Assembly (NCBI GenBank): GCA_021786315.1
Contig: JAJYNN010000002.1
Coordinates: 31,370 to 95,369 of the forward strand
Length of the DNA: 64,000 nt
DNA from: a bacterium
GTDB lineage: Bacteria > Patescibacteriota > Microgenomatia > Daviesbacterales > UBA10151
Reading direction: 5' to 3'
The notes under the pieces: model-generated
Seen by the model: the letters and a program-made list of their open reading frames with translations, nothing else
What the model was told of the DNA's origin: nothing
Databases searched by the model: none
Translations under genes and position numbers: made by a program
In this document: piece by piece, positions 56,091 through 64,000 of the stretch
Layout: each line of letters begins with the position of its first letter
How positions within the stretch are numbered: the first letter of the stretch is position 1

Positions 56091-56191
56091 GGGTCTTTTG
56101 CATCATATCATATAAATTTGAGACCTTGTAGTTAAAAAAAACGTTATGTACAATGGGGTCAAACTTGCTGCCCGCAAGGGAGGTGAATAAA

Positions 56192-56446
56192 TTGAGTCGA
56201 AACGTAACAATCTTGGTTATTATCTTGGTGATTTTACTTATTGCGGGATACCTTCTTTGGCTTCGGGGCAGATTCCAGGCTACAACTGTTACTCCTACCC
56301 CAACACCGGTTTCAGAAGTTGCAACTCCGACTGCGGTTCCAACCGTGGCCAGCCCATCGGCAACTGCGACGCCGTCCGGCACAAAGAAAGCGAGTCCAAC
56401 TCCAACCCGTACTTCTACTAGTTCCGCTGGTAGAACTACAAGATGA
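56192..56446 (+). CDS. Small membrane-anchored Thr/Pro-rich protein
   Basis: GGGAGGTGA RBS then TTG at 56192; one TM and a TP-rich tail. Confidence 0.65.
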   Translation: MSRNVTILVIILVILLIAGYLLWLRGRFQATTVTPTPTPVSEVATPTAVPTVASPSATATPSGTKKASPTPTRTSTSSAGRTTR

Positions 56447-56458
56447 CAACCTAGAAAG

Positions 56459-57385
56459 ATGGAAGATATGGAAAAAATAGTCATTATCGGTTCAGGGCCG
56501 GCGGGGCTGACCGCCGCCATCTATGCCGCCCGGAGTAATTTAAATCCGCTGGTTATCGCCGGCCGGACTCCCGGTGGCCAATTGACTTTAACTACAGATG
56601 TGGATGATTTTCCCGGGTTTCCCGAAGGTATCCAGGGCCCGGAATTAATGGCGCTTTTCCGGAAACAGGCGGAAAAATTTGGCACCCGGTTTATTGATGA
56701 AGACGTAACGGCGGTGGATTTAAAGGGCGCTCCTTTTAAAATTACCACTGAAACTCAGGAAGTTTCTGCCAAAGCGGTGATTGTGGCCACCGGCGCTTCA
56801 GCCCAATGGCTGGGGCTGCCGTCTGAACAACGGTTAATTGGTAAAGGAGTTTCGGCTTGTGCCACCTGTGACGGGCCTTTTTTCCGGGATAAAAAGATCA
56901 TCATTGTCGGCGGGGGAGATGTGGCGATGCGGGAAGCCCAACACCTCTCCAAATATGCATCCGAGGTGACCGTGGTCAACCGGAGGGATGAATTCCGGGC
57001 CAAACCGGCTTTAGTTGACCTGGTTAAAACTAAAACCAAGGTAAAGTTCCTGATGAATTCAGTAGTGGAGGAAGTTTTAGGGGAGGATAAAGTTACGGGA
57101 GTTAAAATTAAAAATACCCAAACCGGGGAAATTTCCGAGATGGAGATTGACGGGGTATTTGTAGCTATTGGGCATCGTCCAAATACTGAATTTCTAGGCT
57201 CCCATTTACACCTGGATGAAAAAGGTTATTTGGTGGTCAAGGACGAAACCCAAACCTCTGTCCCCGGAGTGTTTGTTGCCGGGGATGTGGCTGATTTTCG
57301 CTACCGACAGGCAATAACTGCGGCAGCGGCTGGATGTAAAGCTGCATTGGATGCGGAAGAATACTTAGAAAAACTTCAAGATTAG
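56459..57385 (+). CDS. trxB: Thioredoxin-disulfide reductase
   Basis: IIGSGPAGLTAAIY, GVSACATCDG, GGGDVA, GVFVAGDV, RQAITAA. Confidence 0.97.
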   Translation: MEDMEKIVIIGSGPAGLTAAIYAARSNLNPLVIAGRTPGGQLTLTTDVDDFPGFPEGIQGPELMALFRKQAEKFGTRFIDEDVTAVDLKGAPFKITTETQEVSAKAVIVATGASAQWLGLPSEQRLIGKGVSACATCDGPFFRDKKIIIVGGGDVAMREAQHLSKYASEVTVVNRRDEFRAKPALVDLVKTKTKVKFLMNSVVEEVLGEDKVTGVKIKNTQTGEISEMEIDGVFVAIGHRPNTEFLGSHLHLDEKGYLVVKDETQTSVPGVFVAGDVADFRYRQAITAAAAGCKAALDAEEYLEKLQD

Positions 57386-57425
57386 CTTTCTATTCTGTGT
57401 GCGTTTTAGGGTATAATGTCTCTAT

Positions 57426-57755
57426 ATGGAATCTGCTCAAAATGAAGTAGTTATTACACCAGGACAAGACGATTCCCAACATGCCGCTGGTCTCCAGCAG
57501 GAAGTAGCTGATACTTTATCGGCTATTACCGGCCAAAAAATAGAACCGGAATCAGTGACCCCGGCGATAGACCAAACACCCGTCACCCAAAATAACCTGC
57601 ACGAAGAACCAAAGACCCAAGCTGATTTGCAGGAGATAATTGATGCGGAAAAAGGACGTCCGCGGACAGAAAGCTCGCATAACTTCTTAAAGATTTTATA
57701 CGGCAGGTTAAAGAAACAAAATCCGGGCAATGATATTAAAGTGAAGGAGGGGTAG
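57426..57755 (+). CDS. Hypothetical protein
   Basis: 109-aa ORF, TATAAT 8 nt upstream, co-oriented with the next gene. Confidence 0.6.
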   Translation: MESAQNEVVITPGQDDSQHAAGLQQEVADTLSAITGQKIEPESVTPAIDQTPVTQNNLHEEPKTQADLQEIIDAEKGRPRTESSHNFLKILYGRLKKQNPGNDIKVKEG

Positions 57756-57764
57756 AGTTTTAAA

Positions 57765-60107
57765 ATGGAAGCAAACCAGGTTGCAGCAGGTACTGATTTT
57801 TTTAATTTGTTTCTCCTTATCGGATTGCTGGTTATTCTTCTTTTAGGAGTTGTTTTAGGGCTGTTATATTTTAGCCGGTATTTTATCGCCATGTACCGTG
57901 ACCGGGACCGGGAAAAACGTTCCTTAAAGTCGGTTTTAATCCAGGTTAATGTTCCCCGGGACAACGAGATTAAGATCGATGCCATGGAGCAATTTTTTGC
58001 CTCCCTTTATGCCATCAAAAAAAACCAGGGGTTTATGAACTTAAAGCCTCAGGCCCAGATTTCCTTTGAAATAGTCGCGCTGCATGAATCTATCAGGTTT
58101 TTTATCTGTGTCCATGAATCGTTACGGGATTTGGTGGAAAAACAGATTCACGGAGCGTATCCTGACGCTGAAATTAAGGTTGTTCCGGAATACAATATTT
58201 TCTCGGAATCCGGTCAGACGGCTTATGTTATGTACAAGCTCAAAGGGGCAGACTACATGCCGATTAAAACCTACCGTGATTTGCCGACCGATCCGCTTTC
58301 CGCTTTGACTTCCGCTTTGGCCAAGATGCAGGAGGATGAGGGGGCGGTAGTCCAGATGATAATTTCCCCGGCGGACGGGAAGTGGAAGGACTTTGGAAAA
58401 AAGTGGCTTAAAAAAGAAAAGGATCCGGGAAAACCTGAGGCTCCCAAGGCTCCGCCTGACGCCAAACAACTGGAGGCGGTGGAAAACAAAATTTCCAAAC
58501 AAGGGTTTAATGTGTCTTTAAGGATTGTCACTTCTTCCACTTCCAAAGACAGCGCCAAAGCCCATTTGTCCAATATTAAAGCGGCTTTTGAGCAATTTGA
58601 CGGGCCATACAACAGCTTTTCGGGAATGAAGATCCGTTCCGAAAAAGGGTTCATGACCGATTTTATCTACCGCTATATGCCGATGTTTTCCAAAACTCCG
58701 GTTTTGACCGCCGACGAGCTGGCATCGGTTTACCATTTCCCCAATAAATCAGTGACCACGCCGCACATTTCCTGGCTGCCGGCCCGTTCCGCCCCGGCTT
58801 CAGAAAAAATTCCTACGAGCGGTTTGTACCTTGGGAAATCCGTTTTCCGGGGGACGGAGAGGCCGGTGTTTATTTCCGAGGAGGACCGGGCGCGCCACAT
58901 GTATATCATCGGAAGAACCGGTACCGGAAAAACTACCTTGCTCAAGACCCTGATGCTGCAGGATATTTTATCTGGCAAAGGTTTGTGTTTTATCGACCCC
59001 CACGGCGATGCGGCGGAGGAGCTGCTCTCGCTTATTCCGCCCCACCGGGCCCAGGATGTAATTTATTTTGATCCCGGAGACACCCAAAGGCCGTTCGGGA
59101 TGAATATGCTGGATGCGGAAACTGAGGATGAAAAACACTTTGTGGTGGCCAACATCTTAGGACTTATGTATAAGCTGTTTGACCCCAACAAGACCGGTAT
59201 TATTGGGCCGCGGTTTGAGCACGGTGTCCGCAACGCCATGTTGACTGTCATGTCGGTGCCGGGCAATACCTTTGTGGAAGTCATGCGGATTATGCAGGAT
59301 CCGGAGTTTGTCCGTGAGCTTTTGCCGCACGTGAACGATCCAATTGTTAAACGCTACTGGACCGACCAGATTGCCCACACCCAGGATTTCCATAAATCCG
59401 AGGTTTTGGATTACACCGTTTCCAAATTCGGCCGCTTTGTCACTAACCGGATGATGAGAAATATCATCGGCCAGTCAAAGTCTTCCTTTAACCTCCGCCA
59501 GATTATGGACGAGGGGAAAATTTTGATCGTCAACCTTTCCAAGGGAAAGATGGGGGAGGAGAACTCCAACTTCCTGGGATTAATTTTAGTGCCGAAGATC
59601 TTAGCCGCCGCCATGTCCCGGGCCAATATGCCGGAAGAGCAGCGCCGGCCGTTCTACCTTTACGTTGATGAGTTTCAAAACTTTGCCACCGATACCTTTG
59701 CCACTATTCTTTCTGAGGCCAGAAAATACCGCCTGAACTTAACGGTAGCCAACCAATTTATCGGCCAGATGCCGGAGGATATTAAATCCGCCATTTTCGG
59801 TAACGTTGGTACCACCATTGCTTACCGGGTGGGTGTGCCCGATGCCCAGTTCCTCCAGCATGAGTTTTCTCCGGTGTTTACTGAACAGGATCTGGTCAAT
59901 ATTGAGGCTTGGCATGTTTACATCAAGACCCAGGTAAAAGGTGAACCAATTCCGCCTTTTTCAATGTTTGTGAAACCTAACTTTGATGCCTGGAATGCCT
60001 TAAAACGGCCGGATATAGCCCAAGCCATTAAGGAGCTTTCCCGGCTCACTTATGGGCGGGATGTAGCGGAAGTGGAAGCAGAGATCAACCAAAGAGCCAA
60101 ACTTTAA
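57765..60107 (+). CDS. VirD4/TraG-like coupling ATPase (HerA/FtsK superfamily)
   Basis: N-terminal TM, HMYIIGRTGTGKT, IDPHGD, LYVDEFQNF, LSEARKY, ANQF, IFGNVGT. Confidence 0.88.
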   Translation: MEANQVAAGTDFFNLFLLIGLLVILLLGVVLGLLYFSRYFIAMYRDRDREKRSLKSVLIQVNVPRDNEIKIDAMEQFFASLYAIKKNQGFMNLKPQAQISFEIVALHESIRFFICVHESLRDLVEKQIHGAYPDAEIKVVPEYNIFSESGQTAYVMYKLKGADYMPIKTYRDLPTDPLSALTSALAKMQEDEGAVVQMIISPADGKWKDFGKKWLKKEKDPGKPEAPKAPPDAKQLEAVENKISKQGFNVSLRIVTSSTSKDSAKAHLSNIKAAFEQFDGPYNSFSGMKIRSEKGFMTDFIYRYMPMFSKTPVLTADELASVYHFPNKSVTTPHISWLPARSAPASEKIPTSGLYLGKSVFRGTERPVFISEEDRARHMYIIGRTGTGKTTLLKTLMLQDILSGKGLCFIDPHGDAAEELLSLIPPHRAQDVIYFDPGDTQRPFGMNMLDAETEDEKHFVVANILGLMYKLFDPNKTGIIGPRFEHGVRNAMLTVMSVPGNTFVEVMRIMQDPEFVRELLPHVNDPIVKRYWTDQIAHTQDFHKSEVLDYTVSKFGRFVTNRMMRNIIGQSKSSFNLRQIMDEGKILIVNLSKGKMGEENSNFLGLILVPKILAAAMSRANMPEEQRRPFYLYVDEFQNFATDTFATILSEARKYRLNLTVANQFIGQMPEDIKSAIFGNVGTTIAYRVGVPDAQFLQHEFSPVFTEQDLVNIEAWHVYIKTQVKGEPIPPFSMFVKPNFDAWNALKRPDIAQAIKELSRLTYGRDVAEVEAEINQRAKL

Positions 60108-61360
60108 GCAGCTTTTGGGTTGGAAGGCTTACGCTGTTCCTCCTGTAATCTTAATACAACCTTTTTCCAATTAGGAAGCGGCTCGTTTATTAGTAAGTTG
60201 AGGGTTTGTTGCCGGGATATCCCCATCATTTTTAGAATCCCCAAAGCATTAAAGCTGTTCTCTAGTATCTCTTGTTGATACTCGGTGACAAAAACTTTTT
60301 CTATATTTTGTTCGATTAGGGGACGGAGCGGTTCTCCTAATTTTTCAACAAAACGGTTAGTAATCATTTTTCTCCACTCTTGGCTGAAATAATCATACAA
60401 ACCTCCTTCCTCTTTGGGCTGTTTGAGATAATATCTAATTGTGGGTATTTCCCGCCCGTCTTTCCAGTAGGCCAAGATTTCATCTTTAGCTCGTCTTTCT
60501 CCTATTGCTCTTCCTGAAACAAGAGCTTGGTGAATAAGGGCTTGCTGCTCCTGCTCATTTTTGTCCTGCAGATCCATTTTTAATACCTTCAGTGCAAGCT
60601 CAGAGATAAAAAGATTAACTTGAATATTTTCCTTAACAAAAGAAGGGGCCTTCTGGCCATTCTCGAAGAGTTGAGCGCTATATTTTTTGTAGGAATCTTC
60701 AAATAATGCCATAACGGCGTGCTGCTCTTCGTGGGTTAAGATCTGTTTGCCCTGAGTATTAAAATCCCGTCCGTGGGCGTTTTCCAAAATAATGCTGTGT
60801 TCCAATCCTTTTATTTCCGGGTATTGAATAAACACCCCTCCAGATTTGTTGGCAGCTGCAACATCTGGTTGGCCTGATTCTTTATCCCTGAAATTGCCTC
60901 CGTACACATACGCGTAGTCTTCCGGGTTATTACAGCGAAAATATAAAGTAATTGGGCCGACTATAACTTCTACTTTGCCTTTTGGTTGATGTCCAAAAAG
61001 AAATCCAAAGAGTTCGTGGTCGTTGGGGTGTGCTGCCCTTATTTGTTTAACCTGTTGATGTCTATGCAGGTAGAGATCAATTCCGCTTTGGATTAAGTCT
61101 TTTTGTGTGGGGGTTAAATTCTCCTGTCCAGGGATCTTTTGGAAATAATCCATAAATTGTTCTTTAGTTAAGTCGGGATAATATCTGGCATAGTGTGCTA
61201 GGAACTGGAGGGTATTGCTGAGATCCTTTTTATTGGCAGCTAACTGTTCTTTAAACTCTTGAAGTTTTTGTGGTCTTTCTTTGGTAGGATATTTGAGAAT
61301 CTCTTTAGGGTTAAGGGAGCTGGGGGAGGTAGGAACCTCTGTTGTTTCTTGAGAGTCCAT
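60104..61360 (-). CDS. Hypothetical protein with an HExxH motif (possible metallopeptidase)
   Basis: SGGVF...ILTHEEQH and a downstream AKDEILAY. Confidence 0.6.
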   Translation of the reverse strand: MDSQETTEVPTSPSSLNPKEILKYPTKERPQKLQEFKEQLAANKKDLSNTLQFLAHYARYYPDLTKEQFMDYFQKIPGQENLTPTQKDLIQSGIDLYLHRHQQVKQIRAAHPNDHELFGFLFGHQPKGKVEVIVGPITLYFRCNNPEDYAYVYGGNFRDKESGQPDVAAANKSGGVFIQYPEIKGLEHSIILENAHGRDFNTQGKQILTHEEQHAVMALFEDSYKKYSAQLFENGQKAPSFVKENIQVNLFISELALKVLKMDLQDKNEQEQQALIHQALVSGRAIGERRAKDEILAYWKDGREIPTIRYYLKQPKEEGGLYDYFSQEWRKMITNRFVEKLGEPLRPLIEQNIEKVFVTEYQQEILENSFNALGILKMMGISRQQTLNLLINEPLPNWKKVVLRLQEEQRKPSNPKAA

Positions 61361-61415
61361 AAAAACAGTATATCAGATGGTAAGCAGGCTCTAGCTTTGA
61401 TATAATTTGGCAGTT

Positions 61416-61651
61416 AGCGCGGATAGCTCAACGGTAAGCAAAGCTTGCGACCTTTGGTCTTAGAGCGATTGTCTTGCAATTTAAAATTTGGAGCTGTAGC
61501 TCAATGGTAGAGCGAATGTCTTATACACATTTGGTTCCTGGTTCGAGTCCAGGCAGCTCCACCAAATTTTAAATTGAGAATGTAACAATTGGTTCCAGGT
61601 TCGTTCATAACAAGGTTATGCTTACTTGTTAAGGTCCAGGCAGCTCTACTA
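61416..61651 (+). pseudogene. Degenerate tRNA copy split around the intact tRNA-Ile(TAT)
   Basis: 5' half TAGCTCAACGGT..TAGAGCGATTGTCTT (to 61475); 3' half ACAATTGGTTCCAGGTTCG..GTCCAGGCAGCTCT (from 61585). Confidence 0.7.
61490..61564 (+). tRNA. tRNA-Ile(TAT)
   Basis: GGAGCTG/CAGCTCC-A-CCA, AATGT-CTTATAC-ACATT, GGTTCGAGTCC. Confidence 0.88.
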
Positions 61652-61699
61652 AATTAAAGTTCTTCGAGTTTGATCTTGCTGCGAAGCAGAAGATTAAGT

Positions 61700-62566
61700 T
61701 TATAATTCTTCTAACTTGATCTTATCCTCGGAAGTTCGGGAGGGGACAAAGGCTAAATATCTTTCCGTAGTGGAAACCCGTTTGTGACCGGCAAGCTTGG
61801 AAACAATAGAGAGCGTTAACCCGGACTCCAGTTGGTGTACCACCCAGGTATGTCTTAAATCATTAACTTTAGCCCCTTTGATTCCGGCCAACCTAAAGTA
61901 CCTGTCGATGGCAGTCCTGATGTTTCTGACAAGCAGGGGACGGCCGGTTTTGGTGACAAATAAGGCTTTGCTTTGGGTCTTGGGTCTGATTTCGAGGTAT
62001 CTTTTTACAGCCTCAATAGCAGATTTAGTTAAAGGCACAGTTCTTTCTATAGAACCTTCTTCGGGACGGATATAGATGTGGGGGTTTTCTCCCTCAAGAC
62101 GGACATCTTCTACAGTGAGCTTGGCTAATTCACCGATTCTGATACCGGTTTGAAGAAGTAATTCGATAACAGCTGACATCCGGATATCGCCCCGGGCAGC
62201 GTCCCTTAAAGCCCGGTATTCCAGCTTAGAGAGCATCCTGGGAGGCTTGTTTTCAAACGTGGGGTGCTCCAGACCAACAGCCGGATCGGATTCAATAATA
62301 TTGGAGGTTTTTAAGAACTTAAAGAAGGTTTTGGTGGAGTTGGTTTTACGGGAAACAGATTTTGGGGTATAGTTTTCTTTGCCAAGTTTACGCATGAAAT
62401 CCCGTAAATCTTCGGTAGTGACTTGTGAGGGGTCTTCAATACCCTTAGAATTAAGGAAGTCTACCAGCTGCTCAATATCCTTACCGTACGCAAGGATAGT
62501 CGCAGAGGAGCGGCTTCGGCCTTTAAGATGCCCGATAAATTGTTGTCTGGCGTCTGATAATTTCAT
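61700..62566 (-). CDS. Tyrosine recombinase XerC/XerD family
   Basis: S.ATILAY..D, TGIRIGEL, DLRHT, LAGH..VSTTERY. Confidence 0.92.
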   Translation of the reverse strand: MKLSDARQQFIGHLKGRSRSSATILAYGKDIEQLVDFLNSKGIEDPSQVTTEDLRDFMRKLGKENYTPKSVSRKTNSTKTFFKFLKTSNIIESDPAVGLEHPTFENKPPRMLSKLEYRALRDAARGDIRMSAVIELLLQTGIRIGELAKLTVEDVRLEGENPHIYIRPEEGSIERTVPLTKSAIEAVKRYLEIRPKTQSKALFVTKTGRPLLVRNIRTAIDRYFRLAGIKGAKVNDLRHTWVVHQLESGLTLSIVSKLAGHKRVSTTERYLAFVPSRTSEDKIKLEEL

Positions 62567-62628
62567 AAAGAATTATGAAATTACAGGATCGTTCCAACGT
62601 AGTTGGAAGGTAGCCCTATAAATTCATA
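62558..62628 (-). repeat. CTAC/GATC hairpin motif, copy 5 (overlaps the Xer start codon)
   Basis: Minus strand TATGAATTTATAGGGCTACC-TTCCAAC-TAC-GTTGGAA-CGATCCTGTAATTTCATAATTCTTT-ATGAAATTA. Confidence 0.85.
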
Positions 62629-62677
62629 ACAATGTAGTAATTTTAGCATACTACAGGATAGTTGTAAAGAGAAACTT

Positions 62678-63031
62678 ATGGGTAAGAAAATAATCTATTT
62701 TATAGCTATAGCCGCAGTTTTATTTTTGTTCTATAGTTTATCTCAACAAGTTTACCAATCACTGCGGGCAGGAAACCGTTTGGATTCAGAAGTTGAGACG
62801 CTGGCAGCTTTACAAAAGAAGAACTCTGAGCTCAAAAAGCAGCTTTTGGAAGTGGACAGCCTGCAATTTATTGAAAAAGAGGCCCGGGATAAGCTCAATC
62901 TTTCCCGGCCGGGTGAGACAATAGTGGTTATCCCTGAGGCTAACATCCAGAAAGTTTTAGACAGTTGGCAGGAGAAGAAGGTGGAAATAATTCCCAACTG
63001 GCAAGGTTGGTTGAGATTGTTTTCCAAATAA
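62678..63031 (+). CDS. Septum formation initiator (FtsB/DivIC family)
   Basis: TM, coiled coil, FIEKEARDKLNLSRPGE. Confidence 0.88.
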   Translation: MGKKIIYFIAIAAVLFLFYSLSQQVYQSLRAGNRLDSEVETLAALQKKNSELKKQLLEVDSLQFIEKEARDKLNLSRPGETIVVIPEANIQKVLDSWQEKKVEIIPNWQGWLRLFSK

Positions 63032-63056
63032 AAAGCCCCCTAGGGGCTTAACTTTT
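63031..63056. terminator. Intrinsic terminator (possibly bidirectional)
   Basis: AAAAGCCCC-CTA-GGGGCTT..TTTT. Confidence 0.6.
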
Positions 63057-63057
63057 G

Positions 63058-63132
63058 TTGCGGGGGTTGGATTAAGTCTACTTTGACTTACGTCAAAGAT
63101 CTTGTAATCTCGCTTCGCTCGATTATCGAACC
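63058..63132 (-). pseudogene. Duplicated 3' end of initiator tRNA with CTAC/GATC motif copy 6 in the T-loop
   Basis: + strand TTGCGGGGGTTGGATT [AAGTCTAC-TTTGAC-TTAC-GTCAAA-GATCTTGTAATCTCGCTTCGCTCGATTAT] CGAACC versus the intact TTGCGGGGGTTGGATTCGAACC. Confidence 0.82.
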
Positions 63133-63216
63133 TGCTTAGAACTGTGTTCTGCGCATAGCTCTCCCAATACCCCCATATAACCGAAAAAGCCCCTCACAAA
63201 GAGGGACTTTTTCAAT

Positions 63217-63291
63217 TGGTTGCGGGGGTTGGATTCGAACCAACGACCTCGAGATTATGAGCCTCGCGAGCTGCCACTGCTCTACCCCGCG
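63217..63291 (-). tRNA. Initiator tRNA-fMet(CAT)
   Basis: CGCGGGG/CCCCGCA with C1:A72 mismatch, loop CTCATAA, encoded CCA. Confidence 0.93.
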
Positions 63292-63350
63292 TTGTATAAC
63301 CAAGGTATTATACAACTTTGAGATCTTCATGCAAAGCTTGAGCTGATATA

Positions 63351-63872
63351 ATGGCCTTAATGGACAAGTATCCTGAAAAAAGTTGGATTAACCCTAAGTT
63401 AGAGGTTAGAGAAACTAAAATAGGGAAGGGAATGTTTACTAAGGAGCCTCTTAAAGAAGGTGAGGTCGTAGTAATTTGGGGTGGTGATGCTATTAATACA
63501 GAGGGTGCAAAACTAGCTGAGGAAGCTGGAAAGCTAGTTTTGCAATGGGATGACGATGTATTCTCCGTTGAGGACAGGGGAGATGACCCTAGTTATTATA
63601 TTAACCATTCTTGTGATCCTAATTTGTGGATGGAGGGTGTATCAACCTTAGTTACAAGAAAAGATATTAAAGCAGGAGAAGAATTAACTGCAGATTATGC
63701 TCTTTGGGAGGCGGATGAAAATTATGTTTCTAAGTGGGAATGTCATTGCGGATCACCTTTTTGCAGGCATAAAATAACAGGTCAAGATTGGAGGTTTCCA
63801 GAGCTTCAGCAAAGATATAGAAATCACTTTTCAAAGTTAATAAATAAAAGAATATCTCAACTAGATTCTTAA
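63351..63872 (+). CDS. SET-domain protein-lysine methyltransferase with post-SET cysteines
   Basis: GKGMF, INHSCDPN, I.AGEELTADY, CHCGSPFCR. Confidence 0.92.
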   Translation: MALMDKYPEKSWINPKLEVRETKIGKGMFTKEPLKEGEVVVIWGGDAINTEGAKLAEEAGKLVLQWDDDVFSVEDRGDDPSYYINHSCDPNLWMEGVSTLVTRKDIKAGEELTADYALWEADENYVSKWECHCGSPFCRHKITGQDWRFPELQQRYRNHFSKLINKRISQLDS

Positions 63873-63913
63873 AGTTTGTTCAGGAGGTATAAATTTGGTA
63901 GAATTGATCCTGC

Positions 63914-63986
63914 GGCAGGGTAGCTCAGTGGTTAGAGCACAGCATTCATAACGCTGCGGTCGTGGGTTCGATCCCCACCCCTGCTA
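63914..63986 (+). tRNA. tRNA with CAT anticodon (probably elongator Met)
   Basis: GGCAGGG/CCCTGCT, loop TTCATAA, GGTTCGATCCC. Confidence 0.88.
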
Positions 63987-64000
63987 CAAAACAAAACGCT

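Noticed and set aside
61416-61651. Group I intron or spliceable intron-containing tRNA
   Set aside because: No group I core (P, Q, R, S) is recognisable, the inserts are too short, and the outer acceptor stem does not pair.
61700-62566. Tyrosine recombinase next to tRNAs as a prophage or ICE integrase
   Set aside because: Size and motifs fit a XerC/D-type enzyme, its neighbours are core genes, and there are no phage genes or distant att pair.
63351-63872. SET-domain protein as a novel host-chromatin effector
   Set aside because: No secretion signal is evident, and bacterial SET proteins are already widely described.

Overview
Core chromosomal segment of a bacterium using genetic code 11. 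Gene content (VanW-family and DUF4012-type membrane proteins, a VirB2-like pilin array with PrgI/VirB4, truncated ValS and TlyA, apparently leaderless genes) suggests a Patescibacteria/CPR organism, probably Microgenomates (inference). The window spans oriC (jag-yidC-yidD-rnpA-rpmH / dnaA-oriC-dnaN). It also holds groESL, tsaD, valS, rplY, smpB-ssrA, dnaG-rpoD, trxB, a Xer recombinase, 10 intact tRNAs and a T4SS-like locus with no relaxase in the window (6 pilin-domain genes, VirB6-, PrgI-, VirB4- and SLT/CHAP-like genes, with a distant VirD4-like ATPase). The most striking unexplained signal is non-coding. A conserved hairpin motif (ARGnCTAC-variable stem-GATCYTGT, at least 6 copies with compensatory changes) sits directly on the start codons of dnaN, rplY and the Xer gene, next to rpoD, and inside duplicated tRNA ends. 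Several tRNAs have degenerate partial twins interrupted by hairpins, and the Xer gene end is duplicated with synonymous recoding. Other points: a cobalamin riboswitch inside the T4SS-like locus, tRNA-Ile(UAU), tRNA-Arg(GCG), a non-canonical initiator tRNA and a 27-codon tmRNA tag. All calls are by eye; no database searches or folding computations were run.
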